Virus record (IMG/VR): IMGVR_UViG_3300025769_000069
DNA from: a virus
Strand: one strand, 5' to 3'
DNA: 64,000 nt
A program made the translations under genes and the position numbers. The notes under the pieces are model-generated. The model was not told the origin of the DNA, did no database searches, and saw only the letters and a list, made by a program, of their open reading frames with translations. Below are positions 8,878 through 19,891 of the stretch, piece after piece; positions within the stretch are counted from its first letter, which is position 1; every line of letters starts with the position of its first letter.

Positions 8878-8911
8878 TATAAATACTTTTGACTTTCATT
8901 CAATATTTATT
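8878..8911. promoter_or_regulatory. Overlapping opposite-strand late promoters for gp48 and gp4
   Basis: TATAAATA on + at 8878-8885; AATAAATA on - at 8904-8911. Confidence 0.6.
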
Positions 8912-8925
8912 AAGGAATAGAAAAT

Positions 8926-10017
8926 ATGGGTTCTGCGATAGACCAACTAAATAGAATTGGTGAGATCTATGATGAGTTTGCTGGAGGAAATTTAAATGGT
9001 GAGTTCAGCACGGCCGCACCAGTGCTGGGGAAGTTAAAGTTTCCATTAGAGGAATCTAACCTATATCAAGGCCGGATCGTTTTTAGCGCGTATAGAGAAG
9101 ACTATAAAACGGTTGCTGCAACTGGATTTAATCTATTCTCTAATGAAGCAAGTAAAGAAAGAAAATCGAGAAGAGAAGCACTCACAAATCAAGGGATAAC
9201 CGACGAACAGGAGATTAATGCTCAATTAGCAACTCAAGATAAGCAGATCTCAGATTTATATCAATCTCCAGCTGACAAAGATACAAGACCAGCTATTCCA
9301 AACCATATTGGAAATGGCAAAAGGTCTTGTACATTATATCTTCCTTCTCAAATACAATTTCAAGATAGAATAGAATATACCAATGTTGATCTTAATATTT
9401 TAGGCCAATCTGCAGCAAATGCTTTAAGATCTGGATCTAGTGGAGCAGAGACCGTGAGACGCGTGGTTGGAGATGCTCTTCCTAGTTTCGAATCATTATC
9501 TGAAGCTGTAAGAAGTGGACTATCATCTGAAGCAGCTCAGGTTGCAGCTCTAAGAGTTTCAAGGAGATTAAACAGCGAAGTTGCTGGTGCCATTGAAACA
9601 ACCACTGGTGTTACACTAAATCCAAATAGAAGACAAACTCTAAAGGGTGTTGGAATTAGACAATTTAGATTTCAATTTAAAATGATTCCAACGACTCAAG
9701 CTGAAGCTAATATGATTACTAACATAATTAAATTTTTTAGAGAAGAAATGTATCCAGAAACTTCTAGTGAAGGCGTTCAAGCTGCTTTAAAATTCCCTAG
9801 TAAATTTAACATAAAAATGATGTATGGAAACAAACAAGTAACAACAGGAATTCTTCCATGCTTCTTAGAAAATATAGATGTTGTTTATAACCCATCAAAT
9901 ATGGGGTTTCATAAAGATGGTACTGGCGGCGGTGATTTCCAAGAAACCGATGTATCTCTTTCCTTTGTAGAAGAAAGAGCTCTTACAAAACGCGATATCG
10001 TGTTTGGAGGATACTAA
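8926..10017 (+). CDS. 48: Baseplate tail-tube cap gp48
   Basis: LYLP, NPN...[15 protein letters not shown]...EA..I..IIKFFR, LSFVE. Confidence 0.85.
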   Translation: MGSAIDQLNRIGEIYDEFAGGNLNGEFSTAAPVLGKLKFPLEESNLYQGRIVFSAYREDYKTVAATGFNLFSNEASKERKSRREALTNQGITDEQEINAQLATQDKQISDLYQSPADKDTRPAIPNHIGNGKRSCTLYLPSQIQFQDRIEYTNVDLNILGQSAANALRSGSSGAETVRRVVGDALPSFESLSEAVRSGLSSEAAQVAALRVSRRLNSEVAGAIETTTGVTLNPNRRQTLKGVGIRQFRFQFKMIPTTQAEANMITNIIKFFREEMYPETSSEGVQAALKFPSKFNIKMMYGNKQVTTGILPCFLENIDVVYNPSNMGFHKDGTGGGDFQETDVSLSFVEERALTKRDIVFGGY

Positions 10018-11108
10018 TGACTTACTTTAGAAATTTTCCAGTTACAGCTTATAAATTTGGCGATGAGATAGAAGATGCATTTTTTCAAAATATTACAACT
10101 TATATTGATTTAGTTGATGAAGTCGTAGATGATGTTTCAGCCTATTCATATTATAATATTATGGATGGAGAAAGACCTGATTCGTTATCTCAGAAATTAT
10201 ATGGCACCACAGATTATTATTGGACTTTTTATCTTATGAATACTTCTTTGAGAAGACAGGGATGGCCTTTAACTCAATCAGAAATTTATTCAATAGGAGC
10301 AAAATTTTATCCAAACACTGTTATTAGAACAAAAGATGCGCTCACAGAGATTGATAATAATACACTTAATAAATTTTATGTTGGAGATATTGTAGCATCT
10401 AGAGATGTTGGATCTCCATCTAATAACCCTACATTTGCAAATCCACAATTTAAAGGTACACTCTTAGAAAAAAATTTAGATATGGGTCAACTAATAATAG
10501 AGCCAATAATTGAAATAAGATCTATTACTATTACGAATGGTGGAGCTGGATATACTACCACACCAACTGTTACTATATCTGGCGGTGGAGGATCTGGTGC
10601 AAAAGTTCAATCAGTTTCAATTTCAGGTGGAGCTGTAACAGCTATTACTCTAAGCAATAAAGGTTCAGGTTATACCACCGCGCCAACAATAACAATATCA
10701 GATCCGGACACACCCGGTGTACTTGCATCAACTGCAACTGCAAAAGCAGTTTTATCATCTAATGATTTGTCAAATAATACTACAGTATATAGTTTTATTG
10801 GCGTAGCTGATACTGATTTATGGGGAAGTTCTAATAGACTAAAAAGCGTATCCGCTGATGAAGTAATTGAAAGTCAATTGAATGCTCCACATCATTATGA
10901 AGATGCAAATGGAAATTGGGTAGACCTACCAATTTATGGGGATGGTTTTGGTGTAGATAATACGGCTTCTGGAATTTCTGGAAAAACTATAGTCACATAT
11001 TTAGATAGATTAAGATCTGAAAATGAAACGCTTTCTAGAATTAAAATATTAAGACCTTCTGTTGTTTCTCAAATCAGTACTAAATTTCAACAATTATTGA
11101 GGCAATAA
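10017..11108 (+). CDS. 53: Baseplate wedge gp53
   Basis: [47 protein letters not shown]. Confidence 0.88.
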   Translation: MTYFRNFPVTAYKFGDEIEDAFFQNITTYIDLVDEVVDDVSAYSYYNIMDGERPDSLSQKLYGTTDYYWTFYLMNTSLRRQGWPLTQSEIYSIGAKFYPNTVIRTKDALTEIDNNTLNKFYVGDIVASRDVGSPSNNPTFANPQFKGTLLEKNLDMGQLIIEPIIEIRSITITNGGAGYTTTPTVTISGGGGSGAKVQSVSISGGAVTAITLSNKGSGYTTAPTITISDPDTPGVLASTATAKAVLSSNDLSNNTTVYSFIGVADTDLWGSSNRLKSVSADEVIESQLNAPHHYEDANGNWVDLPIYGDGFGVDNTASGISGKTIVTYLDRLRSENETLSRIKILRPSVVSQISTKFQQLLRQ

Positions 11109-12467
11109 ATGCCAGAGCCTATTATATCAGCTGAGTCTATAAAAATAGACAGCGTTGAACTAAACTCAGAAAGATTTAATAAACCATTATTTTTAATGGG
11201 CCAAAATGCTAGCTCTCCAGTTGTTGCTGAGATTAATATTTATGAATCTTTAATGAAACCGTATATGACTGGTAACATCATTTTAATTGATGATCATGAT
11301 TTGTATAGAATCACAGACATTCAGGGCACAGAAAAAATAAAAATTATTTTTCGCTTGCCAAATGGCGAAGGTGCTCCAATTGAAACAAACTTCATTGTTA
11401 CTGATGTTGAATCATCTGTAAAAAATAATGAAACAACAAGTACTCTTACGCTTAATATAGTTGAGGACATTGGATATTACAACGAACTTCAGTCTATAAG
11501 TAAATCTTATCAAGGGACTGGCGAAGAAATTATAGAAAAGATTTTAAAAGATAATCTTAATAGAGATTTAACTAACCTATCTAAAAATGAATCTTGGCAA
11601 AAACCATTTAAATATTTAACACCATACATTACTCCTCTTGAAGCTTGCCATAGAGTTTTAGATAACATGACAACTACTACTGGCTTTCCTTTCTTTTTAT
11701 ACTCAACTATTCATAGTAATGACTTTTTTCTAACAGATCTTGAAACTATTTTAGATAAAGAAAATAAACCTTTTAATGAAGGCAAACCGTTTACATATCA
11801 TCAAGATACAGGTAAGACAAATGATCTTGCTACTCAAATGACTTCAATTATTAATTTTGAAGGGAGCTTCTTAGAAAATACTTTAAGAACAGCAAAAAGA
11901 GGAGCAATTGGAGCAGATTTTACATATGTTAATGTCACAACTGGAAAAGTATATGAAAATCATATTAATATGAAAGAAAGATTAGATGTGTTAGTAGACA
12001 ATGGTTTTATGGATGAAAATCATACTCATGTTTTAATTGATGACTATTTTGAAGCAGATCCAAGTGGTCAAGACAAAAGAAAGCTTGGTGAATTTAATTC
12101 TAATAATATAACTAAGATTAGCAGTCAGCCGTTTCCAATTGGCGAGTATAATGCGATTGGTCAACAAGAGTTTGATTCATATTCTGAACTTGAGCAAGTT
12201 AAAAATAACATATTGACTAATTTAACTAAGAACACTTATCAATTGTATGTTCCAGGTTTATTGTTTGCGACTAATAATATAAAAACTTCTGTTGGAAGCA
12301 AGATAGAATTAAAAATATTAACGAATGATGATAGAGCTGCTCTTGATCAAAAAAGATCTGGTCAGTTTTTAATCTTTGGAAAAAGGCATGTGTTTAATGT
12401 TGCTGAAGAATTGCATACAGTTTCATTAGCTGTGAATAGACTTACTAACCAGAGGAACAACGCATGA
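11109..12467 (+). CDS. Baseplate hub protein (gp27-like)
   Basis: INIYESLMKPYMTGNI, GTEKI, SGQFLI; position between gp53 and gp5. Confidence 0.6.
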   Translation: MPEPIISAESIKIDSVELNSERFNKPLFLMGQNASSPVVAEINIYESLMKPYMTGNIILIDDHDLYRITDIQGTEKIKIIFRLPNGEGAPIETNFIVTDVESSVKNNETTSTLTLNIVEDIGYYNELQSISKSYQGTGEEIIEKILKDNLNRDLTNLSKNESWQKPFKYLTPYITPLEACHRVLDNMTTTTGFPFFLYSTIHSNDFFLTDLETILDKENKPFNEGKPFTYHQDTGKTNDLATQMTSIINFEGSFLENTLRTAKRGAIGADFTYVNVTTGKVYENHINMKERLDVLVDNGFMDENHTHVLIDDYFEADPSGQDKRKLGEFNSNNITKISSQPFPIGEYNAIGQQEFDSYSELEQVKNNILTNLTKNTYQLYVPGLLFATNNIKTSVGSKIELKILTNDDRAALDQKRSGQFLIFGKRHVFNVAEELHTVSLAVNRLTNQRNNA

Positions 12468-13402
12468 AGTTTTATGGTGATGATAATCGATGGTTTATTG
12501 GTACAGTTAAGAACTATGATCCAACTGCTAAAGGCCGACTTCAAGTAAGAATTCATGGCATTCATGGTCCAGACATAAGTGATGATGATTTGCCATATGC
12601 AGAAGTTATGCTTCCATCTACTGAGGGAGGCGTATCTGGGATTGGTAAAATAGCTCAAATACAAAATACAGCATTAGTGTTTGGAATTTTTCTAGATGCA
12701 CAAAAATCGCAACATCCATTAATTTTAGGTAGCATTCCAAAAAAAGAAATACCTTCAGTAACTCAATATGAAAAAGCGCCAAATGATATTAAAGATTGGT
12801 ATGATCCAGACAATTTAACGACAGATAATACATTTATTCCAAAAGATTTAGCTAAAGCTTACTATGAAGGAAACCCAACCCTTGATCAAAAAAGATTAAT
12901 TATCTTTCAATATTTAAGATCTAATGACTTCACAGAAATTATGGCTGCTGGCATTCTAGGTAACCTAGAAAGAGAAAATTCTGCATTTGCGCCTTCATTA
13001 CCTTCTAGCTTTGAAGGAGAAAACTCGGCTGGACTAGCACAATGGAATCCATCTAAGAATGCTGGATATCGACTTCAGAAACTAAAAAAATATGCATCAA
13101 TGAATAATAAGCCATGGGATGATTTCTTTATTCAACTGGACTTCATAATTCATGAGTTGCGTGGTGAAAAAAATTCAGAAACAAATGGTGGAGCTTATAA
13201 TAATACATATAATACTCTCTTAAATTGTGATACTTTTGAAGGTGGAAAATCTGAATTTAATTCTACTTGGGTATTCTTAGATGAATATGAAAATCCAGCA
13301 AATAAATCAAATGAAATAATTGAAAGAGAAAAATATGCAAGAAAAGCTTATACACAATATAAGCGTTCAATAGAAAATTATATTTCATCTTCGGCAGGAT
13401 AA
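12464..13402 (+). CDS. 5: gp5 N-terminal OB domain fused to phage tail lysozyme domain
   Basis: WFIGTV...GRLQVRIHGIH..DLPYA, VFGIFLD...QHPLILG; then AAGILGNLERE, GLAQW, QLDFIIHEL. Confidence 0.8.
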   Translation: MKFYGDDNRWFIGTVKNYDPTAKGRLQVRIHGIHGPDISDDDLPYAEVMLPSTEGGVSGIGKIAQIQNTALVFGIFLDAQKSQHPLILGSIPKKEIPSVTQYEKAPNDIKDWYDPDNLTTDNTFIPKDLAKAYYEGNPTLDQKRLIIFQYLRSNDFTEIMAAGILGNLERENSAFAPSLPSSFEGENSAGLAQWNPSKNAGYRLQKLKKYASMNNKPWDDFFIQLDFIIHELRGEKNSETNGGAYNNTYNTLLNCDTFEGGKSEFNSTWVFLDEYENPANKSNEIIEREKYARKAYTQYKRSIENYISSSAG

Positions 13403-13403
13403 C

Positions 13404-14999
13404 ATGACAACACAAACTATAATTGAACAACAGCTAGCAAATATTTCTAATAAAGTTAATAATGCAACTAGTGATGTCTCTCCTGTATTGAGACAACATG
13501 AAATGTCTATAACTTCTAAACTAGGTGGGAAGGTGGGACAAACTCTAGCTGGATTTAAAGCTTTGACTTCTGCAGTAGATGATATTATTGACAGTGTAGA
13601 AGGATCAGCACCGGTGCAACATAAAGCTGCAATGTCTGTTGTACAACTACAAAGAACGGGATCAGACTTAGATCGGTTAACAAAAAAAGTAGCTAGCAGC
13701 GATAAAACAATTATTGATCAAGTTCTTGGAAATTCCAAGACAACTGGAAATGCATTTAGAGATGTTGTTATTTCAGCCCCATTTCCAGAAGCAATGGCAG
13801 CAGCATTAAAACAAGCTGATCCTTTAGCTACAACATCCCAAGTTCTTAATGCAGTTGAAAAAAACGTAAATATTAATTTGCCAAATAGTAAAGAGATATT
13901 AACTGGAGTTGCTTTATTATCAATTGATGAAGCTCTTGATGTTGATTTTGTGAAAGGTTTAAGCTTTAAACCAATCGATGATTTGCGCAGTGTAGTTGGA
14001 GCAGCAGTTGGTATATCAAAAAATTTAAAGAATTTATCAAAAAATAATATTGTACAAAATACAATAGCTATCAATAACATTGTTAATACTGTAAATAAAG
14101 GATTTGATCCACTAGTAGAAAATGTGATTGAAACAAGTTTGCAGCCAGCTACAAATATTATTAATAAAATAGCTTTTATAAACAATATTCAAGTAGATAT
14201 AAAACCCGAAGATTTTCGTGCAGTTATAACTTCAACTACTGCTGGTAATCCCAGAGCAGCAGCAAAAATATTAAAAAGATACAGTGATAAATCTTTATCA
14301 GAAATTGAAAGTGAATTAAGAAAAATAGATAATAGAGCATCTGCTATTATAACAGAAAATATTGTTGACATTCCCCTCAAAGGAAGGCAATTAAACGCCG
14401 GTGGATGGAAGGAAAATACAAACGATAAAGTTAACTTCTTTGGGTTAGCTAATAGTGATGAAGAACAAATAGCTATATTTTCAAGTATGAAAAGAGAATC
14501 TACTGAAGCAATTATTTTCTCAACTGGTGTTACAAATGGAAAAATAACTTCATATGATGTTCATAGAACATATGTGGCAGAAGGCACCGGTACTCCTTTT
14601 CATTTCTTCATTGATGCTCATGGCCGCATTTGGACGGGAAGACCTTTGGATGTTAGATCTAGAGGATTAACTAAAAATGCTAATTCTATTGCAAGTCAAC
14701 ACATTGACAGCGGAATTATAATTCTACTAGAGGGTGGAGATAATAGTTCAAATACTTATAATGGCCCTGTAATAAATGGATTAAAAAGATTACTTAGAAA
14801 TTTATTTAGAGTAAGACCCGGCATTCAAGTCTTTGGCGCTAATGATATTTCAAAAGAATTTGGTAGTCCATATTTTTCAGTTTCAAATAGATTAAAATTA
14901 TATGGATTTACTCAAGCTATAGAAAATTATGACCCTAAAAAAGAACCACCATTAGATCAAACAGAATTGGCTGCGAGAAGATTAGAAGGAACTACATAA
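13404..14999 (+). CDS. Virion protein with C-terminal amidase_2/PGRP-like domain, apparently inactive
   Basis: FHFFIDAHGRIWTGRPLD, SGIIILLEGG, PGIQVFGAND resemble T7-lysozyme fold. Confidence 0.6.
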   Translation: MTTQTIIEQQLANISNKVNNATSDVSPVLRQHEMSITSKLGGKVGQTLAGFKALTSAVDDIIDSVEGSAPVQHKAAMSVVQLQRTGSDLDRLTKKVASSDKTIIDQVLGNSKTTGNAFRDVVISAPFPEAMAAALKQADPLATTSQVLNAVEKNVNINLPNSKEILTGVALLSIDEALDVDFVKGLSFKPIDDLRSVVGAAVGISKNLKNLSKNNIVQNTIAINNIVNTVNKGFDPLVENVIETSLQPATNIINKIAFINNIQVDIKPEDFRAVITSTTAGNPRAAAKILKRYSDKSLSEIESELRKIDNRASAIITENIVDIPLKGRQLNAGGWKENTNDKVNFFGLANSDEEQIAIFSSMKRESTEAIIFSTGVTNGKITSYDVHRTYVAEGTGTPFHFFIDAHGRIWTGRPLDVRSRGLTKNANSIASQHIDSGIIILLEGGDNSSNTYNGPVINGLKRLLRNLFRVRPGIQVFGANDISKEFGSPYFSVSNRLKLYGFTQAIENYDPKKEPPLDQTELAARRLEGTT

Positions 15000-17386
15000 T
15001 GCCAGAACCAGATGTAAAAACAATAGGTGTAACTTCCGAGACTGGAGATCATGAAGACAAAAGTGGAGTTTATCCTTTATATGGATCAAACCATTCTGTT
15101 AACTTACAAGCAAGAGGTGGTGGGCAGCAATACAAGTTAAATAGCGCAACCAGCGCTGAAGACTTACCAATAGATTTAAATAAACCAAACCCATCACAAT
15201 ATCCATTAAATCAAGTTTCGGTGTCTGGTTCTGGCCATGTGATAGAAGTAAATGACACTGCTGATGGGCAAAGAATCTTAATCAAACATAATAATGGTGG
15301 TGGAATTGAATTAAGAGATGATGGTTCTATTCTTGTCTCAGCAATGGAACAAAAAGTAGAATTAATAGGCGCTCAACATCATATTGTTGTTGAAGGCGAT
15401 GGAACTATGGTTTATAAAGGCAATTTAAACTTAAAGGTCAATGGAGACTTTAATGTTGATTGTTTAAACTATAATCTTAATGTCAAAGGAAATAAAACAG
15501 AAAATGTTAAAGGCTCTGATAGATCTACTGTAGGAGGATCAAAGGGCACTACTGTTACCAAGTCAATGTCAACAACTGTAATAGAGCAAGTAACTGATAC
15601 ATTTTTAAATGGTCATTCTCATAATGTAAAAGGTATTCATTCAATGAATATTGACGGCACAGCAAATTATTTTGCGAGTGGTAATATGAATATTTCATCG
15701 GAATATGAAATGAATATGTCTTCTGATGAATTAAGAGCTTGGTCAAATCAGCTAGTTGTAATGGGTGGTGGCGGCATTATCGGTGGAACTGAAATGGTTT
15801 ATAGCGGTAAAGGTGCTCAATTTGTTGAAGGTGTAACTGCTCCTACGTTTCATGGAGATTTGACTGGTAGAGCAGATGAAGCAATTGCTTCTGATACTGC
15901 AATATACGCATCGTATGGTGGTGGACCCGGTAGTGCTGCTGGTTGGACAAATACAAATACTGCTACTCCGTCTATTGCTAGCGTATCATCTACAAATATT
16001 AGTAATTATCTTACACTAACAGCTAATGCTATTAAGAAAGTTAGAATTGATGTTGGTGATTTTATTAAAAACTTTATTAATAAATCAAAAGATTATGGAG
16101 GAGTTTCTGAAACACCACTAAATACTGGTCAAGCTAGATCAAAATTAAGAGATCCAAGTAATTTGAACAATTCTGACTTTGTGAGTTCTATGGTGAAAGA
16201 AGGAACAATTGGAGAATGCTATAATAATCCAACACCAGAGGGAATTGGAAGAATTATAAAAGATGATCCAACTCCACAAACTTCAGTTGGAGTTGGTCTG
16301 CCAGTAAATCCTTCATCGGCTTATATACCATCCAAGTCTGAAATAAAAATATATCCAGATGAAAAATATAATCCATACAAACAAAACAGTATTACTTCAG
16401 AAACTTTATTGGCTCCTGGTATTTCAATGGCAAAGTTCTTAGGATCTGACGATCCTACTAATTTAAACTTTATAAGAGATCTTAGTGTAAAACGAGAGTT
16501 AGCGAAATATTTAGGCATTCATGCTTTAAACATGAAGAATATTCTTTCAAATCAAACGAAATTTAAAAATGTCACTTTAAAAATTTCTGAAAGTGTGTAT
16601 CGTCCAGGCCCTGATGAGAAGATTACTCCCAATAGCTTAAACGATTTAAAACTAAAAGGTCGTGCTGTTGTCTTTGATGTAGTTGGAAATTCTGGAAGAA
16701 GTAATTTAACATCACTATTTGATTTGGCTGTATGGTGGAAAGACATTATCTATTACGAAAAAATGATATTGTCATATGATACATTAGCTCCTGATTGTTC
16801 TTTGTCTGGAAAAATAATTGTAATATTGCCAGAAATTGACCAATCATACAAAGCGAAGTTTAATAGAGATATTGAAACGCACTTTAATAACAAGGTGTTC
16901 TCAAAGAATGAGTTTACTGAAATATTAGCAATAAAACCACAGGATGATTTAGGTGATGCTGACTATGAAATTCCCTCAGTGGAAGAAGGTGGTAGAGTAA
17001 GATTCTTAAATCCAAAGCCAAGCTCTAGACCCAGACAAGTTATTATAGATGCTATTGATAAAGCAGTTTCCTCACTTGGAGATGGATACACTGCCACCTG
17101 TACCTATAATGGTGGTAGAGCTTATAGGTCTGGCACTATTAATCATCCACTTGGATGGGCAATGGATTTCTACCTTTCATATAATGGTAAGAGGCTGTAT
17201 CCAAACAATAATAAAGAAACATATGATAATTTAATTAAAGCTCTAGTAGATAATGCTCGAGCAAGAAAAGTAAGACCAGGAATTGGGGGATATAAGAGCT
17301 TTATCCATTATGATGAAAGCCCATGGAGACAAAAAGGCTCTGGTAAAGCCGGAACATGGAATTCTGGTTTTAGGATACGGTTTTAG
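14999..17386 (+). CDS. gp5 C-terminal (beta-helix) protein with M15 peptidase-like domains
   Basis: YPLNQV..SGHVIEVNDT...RI..KH; VKGN-type repeats; C-terminal NHPLGWAMD...GIGGYKSFIHYD. Confidence 0.75.
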   Translation: MPEPDVKTIGVTSETGDHEDKSGVYPLYGSNHSVNLQARGGGQQYKLNSATSAEDLPIDLNKPNPSQYPLNQVSVSGSGHVIEVNDTADGQRILIKHNNGGGIELRDDGSILVSAMEQKVELIGAQHHIVVEGDGTMVYKGNLNLKVNGDFNVDCLNYNLNVKGNKTENVKGSDRSTVGGSKGTTVTKSMSTTVIEQVTDTFLNGHSHNVKGIHSMNIDGTANYFASGNMNISSEYEMNMSSDELRAWSNQLVVMGGGGIIGGTEMVYSGKGAQFVEGVTAPTFHGDLTGRADEAIASDTAIYASYGGGPGSAAGWTNTNTATPSIASVSSTNISNYLTLTANAIKKVRIDVGDFIKNFINKSKDYGGVSETPLNTGQARSKLRDPSNLNNSDFVSSMVKEGTIGECYNNPTPEGIGRIIKDDPTPQTSVGVGLPVNPSSAYIPSKSEIKIYPDEKYNPYKQNSITSETLLAPGISMAKFLGSDDPTNLNFIRDLSVKRELAKYLGIHALNMKNILSNQTKFKNVTLKISESVYRPGPDEKITPNSLNDLKLKGRAVVFDVVGNSGRSNLTSLFDLAVWWKDIIYYEKMILSYDTLAPDCSLSGKIIVILPEIDQSYKAKFNRDIETHFNNKVFSKNEFTEILAIKPQDDLGDADYEIPSVEEGGRVRFLNPKPSSRPRQVIIDAIDKAVSSLGDGYTATCTYNGGRAYRSGTINHPLGWAMDFYLSYNGKRLYPNNNKETYDNLIKALVDNARARKVRPGIGGYKSFIHYDESPWRQKGSGKAGTWNSGFRIRF

Positions 17387-17388
17387 CA

Positions 17389-17396
17389 TATAAATA
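17389..17396 (+). promoter_or_regulatory. T4-type late promoter
   Basis: Intergenic TATAAATA before gp25. Confidence 0.75.
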
Positions 17397-17415
17397 AAGT
17401 AAAAAGAAAGAGATC

Positions 17416-17862
17416 ATGGCTACAACTAAAGTATTTTCACGGCAAGATAAAGACATTTCAACGGCCTCTTTATTGACTTCTCGTCGCGTTGAGTATAAAG
17501 ATATTGATTTATCTTTTGCTGCTAAGCCGAATGGCGAGTTGTACGTGAAAAAAGATGCTTCAGCAGTAGTTCAAGCTATTAAAAATCTTATTCAAACTAA
17601 TTTTTATGAAAAGCCTTTTGAGCCTTTTTATGGTGGAAACATAAGAGCTTTACTATTTGAACTTGCAGATGAAGATATTGAAATTGAATTAGAAGAAGCA
17701 ATTAGACAAACCATAAGACAATATGAACCAAGAGTGAGAATCATTAATGTTTTTATTGATTCTAATACAGATAGAAACGACATTAGTGTAACGATAGAAT
17801 TTCAAATATTAAATACTCGTGAACAGGTATCTTTCACAACAGCATTATCAAGGTTGAGATAA
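17416..17862 (+). CDS. 25: Baseplate wedge gp25
   Basis: YKDIDLSF, AIKNLIQTNFYEKPFEP, YEPRV, LSRLR. Confidence 0.92.
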   Translation: MATTKVFSRQDKDISTASLLTSRRVEYKDIDLSFAAKPNGELYVKKDASAVVQAIKNLIQTNFYEKPFEPFYGGNIRALLFELADEDIEIELEEAIRQTIRQYEPRVRIINVFIDSNTDRNDISVTIEFQILNTREQVSFTTALSRLR

Positions 17863-17863
17863 C

Positions 17864-19891
17864 ATGGCAACAACTATAAAATCAACAGCTCTAGATTTTA
17901 ATAATATTAAGAGCAACTTAAAAACTTTTTTAGCAAATAAAGAAGAGTTTAAAGATTATAATTTTGAAGCCTCAGGACTTTCAAATATTCTTGATGTACT
18001 AGCATATAATACTCATATTAATGCTCTTATTGCTAACTTTGCTTTAAATGAATCTTATCTGCCAACTGCGCAGTTGAGAAGCTCTGTTGTTTCTTTGGCT
18101 GAAGGTATTGGATATGTTCCGGATACTACAACTGCTTCTCAAGCAACTGTAAGATTATATGTTACAACAACAGAGACAAATGTAGATACTAAAATATCTC
18201 TTCCAGCTTATACCACATTTTCTACTACAGTAGATGATGTAGCATACACTTTTTCTACTATTGAATTATATGAAGCAAATGATGATGGAACTGGTTTTTA
18301 TGAATTTAAAACAGCAGATGGATCTAATAGAATTCCCATCTATGAAGGAACTAGAAAAACTAAAACTTTTTTAGTTGGTCAATATGAAGATAATCCTGTT
18401 TATGTCATACCAGATACTAGGATGGATGCTGATACTGTTACTGTAAAAATATATGATTCATTTACTTCTTCAAACTACGTAATATATCAAAACATAATTA
18501 ATGCAACAAGTATTACATCAACCTCAACAATATACATTTTAAAAGAATCACCAAATGGGTACTACGAATTATCATTTGGTGACGGTGAAACATTTGGAGT
18601 AGCTCCAGGAGCTGGAACAAGAATTGAAATAGAATATCTTTCTACAAATGGAGATGCAGCAAATGGAGCTTCGGTATTTACAAGATCTGGTTCTTTAACC
18701 TTTGGTTCATCCGGAACATTTAATGCAGAGATTAGTAATACTACAATCGTAAATAGTGTCGGTGGATCTTCAAAAGAAACCATTGAATCAATTAGAAAGA
18801 ATGCTCCATTCCAATATGCATCTCAGAATAGAATGGTAACAGCCGAAGATTATTCTTCTTTGATTCTACGTAAATTTTCAACTTTTATTAAAGACATTGT
18901 TTCCTTTGGTGGTGAAATTGCTGCCACACCCGAATATGGTGCAGTATTTACATCTATTGTGTTTGAGGATAATGTAAGTCTTGATACACAAATCATTAAG
19001 AAAAGAGAAATTTTAGATCTAGCAAAACAGCTAGCGATTACATCATTTAATTTAAGATTTGAAGATCCAGTAAAAACTTATGTTGAAACAGACTTGTTCT
19101 TCCAGTTTAACCCTAAACTTACAGATGCCACTCAAAATAATGTTGTATCTGCTGTACAAAACCAAGTTTCAAGCTACTTCAATTTAAATACTGGTAAATT
19201 TAAACAATCCTTTAGACGTTCTAATCTTCTTTCTTTGGTTGATGACATTGATCCAGCTATCTTATCTTCTAGAGCAGATGTGAGAATGCAGCAAAGGTTT
19301 GTTCCTAGTGCTCCAAGCATTGCTACTGTAGTGTTGAACCTTACTCTTAATAATGATGGCAATCCCACTATAAAAGCACGTGCTTTTCTAGTTATTGTTG
19401 ATATGGTTTCATCAGGAAAATATAAAGATGCTGCTAACTATTTGATAAAAAATTCAACAATTCAAAGCAAAAACTATGCTGGAATTTTATCTGATTTAAC
19501 AGCTGCTTCTGCTAATATGTCTAATGTTTTATCATTCCCAGTAAGTATTGCATTAGCAGATAATAACGAATATATTATTACAAGTAATCAGTTTGTATAT
19601 AATGGTAAAAACTGTATTCTAAGAAATAAATTGTCTAGTACGGATATTCAAGTAATTGCTGTGCTTGGAGAAACCGTTGAAGTAGATAATATTGGAAACT
19701 TTGATCCTTCAACAGGGAAAGTTACTATTAACTTTTTTAATCCTACTTCTATTGTTGGTGGTGGATCAGAAATTAAAGTAGCTGCTGTTCCTGCTAACCA
19801 ATCAGCAATATCTCCAGTAAGAAATGAAATATTAGAATATGATTCAACAAGATCTCTAGTTAAAGTTATAACAACAACGGCAACAAATTAA
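17864..19891 (+). CDS. 6: Baseplate wedge gp6
   Basis: LDFNNIKSNLK, DYNFEASGLS.ILDVLAYNTH, FGDG, QNRMVTAEDY. Confidence 0.93.
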   Translation: MATTIKSTALDFNNIKSNLKTFLANKEEFKDYNFEASGLSNILDVLAYNTHINALIANFALNESYLPTAQLRSSVVSLAEGIGYVPDTTTASQATVRLYVTTTETNVDTKISLPAYTTFSTTVDDVAYTFSTIELYEANDDGTGFYEFKTADGSNRIPIYEGTRKTKTFLVGQYEDNPVYVIPDTRMDADTVTVKIYDSFTSSNYVIYQNIINATSITSTSTIYILKESPNGYYELSFGDGETFGVAPGAGTRIEIEYLSTNGDAANGASVFTRSGSLTFGSSGTFNAEISNTTIVNSVGGSSKETIESIRKNAPFQYASQNRMVTAEDYSSLILRKFSTFIKDIVSFGGEIAATPEYGAVFTSIVFEDNVSLDTQIIKKREILDLAKQLAITSFNLRFEDPVKTYVETDLFFQFNPKLTDATQNNVVSAVQNQVSSYFNLNTGKFKQSFRRSNLLSLVDDIDPAILSSRADVRMQQRFVPSAPSIATVVLNLTLNNDGNPTIKARAFLVIVDMVSSGKYKDAANYLIKNSTIQSKNYAGILSDLTAASANMSNVLSFPVSIALADNNEYIITSNQFVYNGKNCILRNKLSSTDIQVIAVLGETVEVDNIGNFDPSTGKVTINFFNPTSIVGGGSEIKVAAVPANQSAISPVRNEILEYDSTRSLVKVITTTATN

